Positions 21,592 to 22,423 of a stretch of DNA of 22,423 nt are shown piece after piece. A program made the position numbers and the translations under genes. The notes below the pieces were generated by a model. The model was not told the origin of the DNA. It saw nothing but the letters and a program-made list of their open reading frames with translations, and searched no databases. Source of the stretch: an uncultured Candidatus Saccharibacteria bacterium (GTDB lineage Bacteria > Patescibacteriota > Minisyncoccia > Minisyncoccales > GWA2-38-27); contig CAYZKD010000002.1 of NCBI GenBank assembly GCA_964479375.1, forward strand, positions 46,100 to 68,522, in the 5' to 3' direction. How positions within the stretch are numbered: position 1 is the stretch's first letter; every line of letters starts with the position of its first letter.

Positions 21592-22311
21592 TTATCGTCT
21601 GTTCTTGCAGGTAAAACTTCCTTGTGGATCACTTTCCCATTTACATTTACTTCCTAGGCTATCGCAACACTCTTTGTTGGTCTGACAATCGGCGCAATTG
21701 TCTGTATATTTAGAACACACGCACTTGTCTTCGTATATACCCTCGACCCAGAAACATCCAGGAACTTGCCTGCAAGCAGCCTCATTTCTGGGAATGAAAT
21801 CGGGCGGGGTGCTGGAGGGCGGGGTGACGCTTTCTGAATCACACTCTATTTCCCACCACCCTTCTCTTAAGCCGGTCCATTCTGATGTGCCTATCGCCTG
21901 GAAGAAAAGGCCCACAAGAAGCCAGGCGCCGTAGATTATTATGAATCCTATTACTACAGAGGTGAAAACTTTCTTTGCCTGACCGACTAACTTTGGTCCT
22001 CCTTTTTCTGTCATTTCTCCCATGCCGCTATAGGCGAATATATACATAAATCCTCCGATAGCCAGCATTAAGGCCCCGATGGCGGGGACTAAGGGGAAGT
22101 AGTTGTTATAAATAGTAGGAACCAACAGGAAGTCAATAATCCTATCAAACATTACAAAAAAATCACAAAGAGTGCAAGGATCTCCTGGTCCGCCACAAGG
22201 GACTAACCCTGTCTGATAGCCGTTGGCGGAGACAACGAAAGGAAAAAAAAGCAAAACTCCAAAAAATAAAATAAACTCTTTTATTCTCGTTTTTAAAAAA
22301 AGGTAAGTCAT
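21592..22311 (-). CDS. CPR-type T4SS-pilin-like protein. It has a signal peptide, a VPCG..C..C motif, a two-helix hairpin and a small Cys-rich C-terminal domain (239 aa).
   Basis: Signal peptide 'FILFFGVLLFFPFVVSANG'. 'LVPCGGPGDPCTLCDFFVMFDRIIDFLL'. The hairpin 'PAIGALMLAIGGFMYIFAYSGMGEMTEKGGPKLVGQAKKVFTSVVIGFIIIYGAWLLVGLF' shares the pattern helix, Y..S.G, EK, AK, helix with the 1502 and 2798 genes. The C-terminus has 12 Cys in 70 aa (CRQVPGCFWVEG..CVCSKYTDNCADCQTNKECCDSLGSKCKWES...CKNRR). Confidence 0.7.
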   Translation of the reverse strand: MTYLFLKTRIKEFILFFGVLLFFPFVVSANGYQTGLVPCGGPGDPCTLCDFFVMFDRIIDFLLVPTIYNNYFPLVPAIGALMLAIGGFMYIFAYSGMGEMTEKGGPKLVGQAKKVFTSVVIGFIIIYGAWLLVGLFFQAIGTSEWTGLREGWWEIECDSESVTPPSSTPPDFIPRNEAACRQVPGCFWVEGIYEDKCVCSKYTDNCADCQTNKECCDSLGSKCKWESDPQGSFTCKNRR

Positions 22312-22423
22312 TTTCCAAAGTTATTTTGTGTTTGGATTATATCAAACTTATATCAAAAAGAAAAGAGCTGTATAATGCCACCCATTTTTAGACTCTGCAG
22401 GTAAATTAAAGTTTGAAATAGCC

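Noticed and set aside
21305-21685. Plus-strand 126-aa ORF
   Set aside because: It runs straight through the hand-folded tRNA-Lys (21493-21565) on the opposite strand and into the pilin-type gene. No recognisable motif. It is spurious.
1-22423. CRISPR arrays, transposases, integrases, toxin-antitoxin or restriction-modification genes
   Set aside because: No regularly spaced direct repeats and no ORFs with DDE, recombinase, HEPN or methyltransferase motifs apart from rsmA were seen. The window is core origin-region sequence plus the pilin-type genes.

Overview
This 22.4 kb window looks like the chromosomal replication-origin region of a small, AT-rich, tightly packed genome, plausibly a CPR/Patescibacteria-like bacterium, though that lineage call is inference. 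The conserved origin synteny is intact: jag, yidC, yidD, rnpA and rpmH on the minus strand, diverging from dnaA and dnaN on the plus strand. The rpmH gene (44 aa) is absent from the ORF track and was found by hand translation. A minus-strand cluster with junctions of a few nucleotides runs rpsO, an NYN-domain gene, pnp, an E/K/R coiled-coil gene, a gene with two peptidoglycan-binding domains, and a dksA/traR-type gene. It is preceded by a tRNA-Lys(CUU) that I folded by hand. Other housekeeping genes are rsmA/ksgA, a LysM-M23 peptidase and an SPFH/band-7 protein. The non-housekeeping content is the interesting part. At the 5' edge three co-directional paralogous genes encode signal-peptide proteins with a VirB2/TrbC-type two-helix pilin hairpin. 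These resemble the CPR-type T4SS pilin family and are fused to large, divergent, cysteine-rich extension domains built as Cys cluster, coiled coil, Cys cluster. A fourth pilin-type gene with an N-terminal VPCG..C..C motif sits next to the tRNA-Lys. A 754-aa protein has about 8 transmembrane helices, a roughly 400-aa hydrophilic domain and a polybasic tail, which makes it a possible VirB6/TrbL-like component. No VirB4 or VirD4 ATPase lies in the window, so a surface-filament or adhesin system rather than a complete T4SS is a hypothesis. No CRISPR arrays, transposases or integrases were seen.
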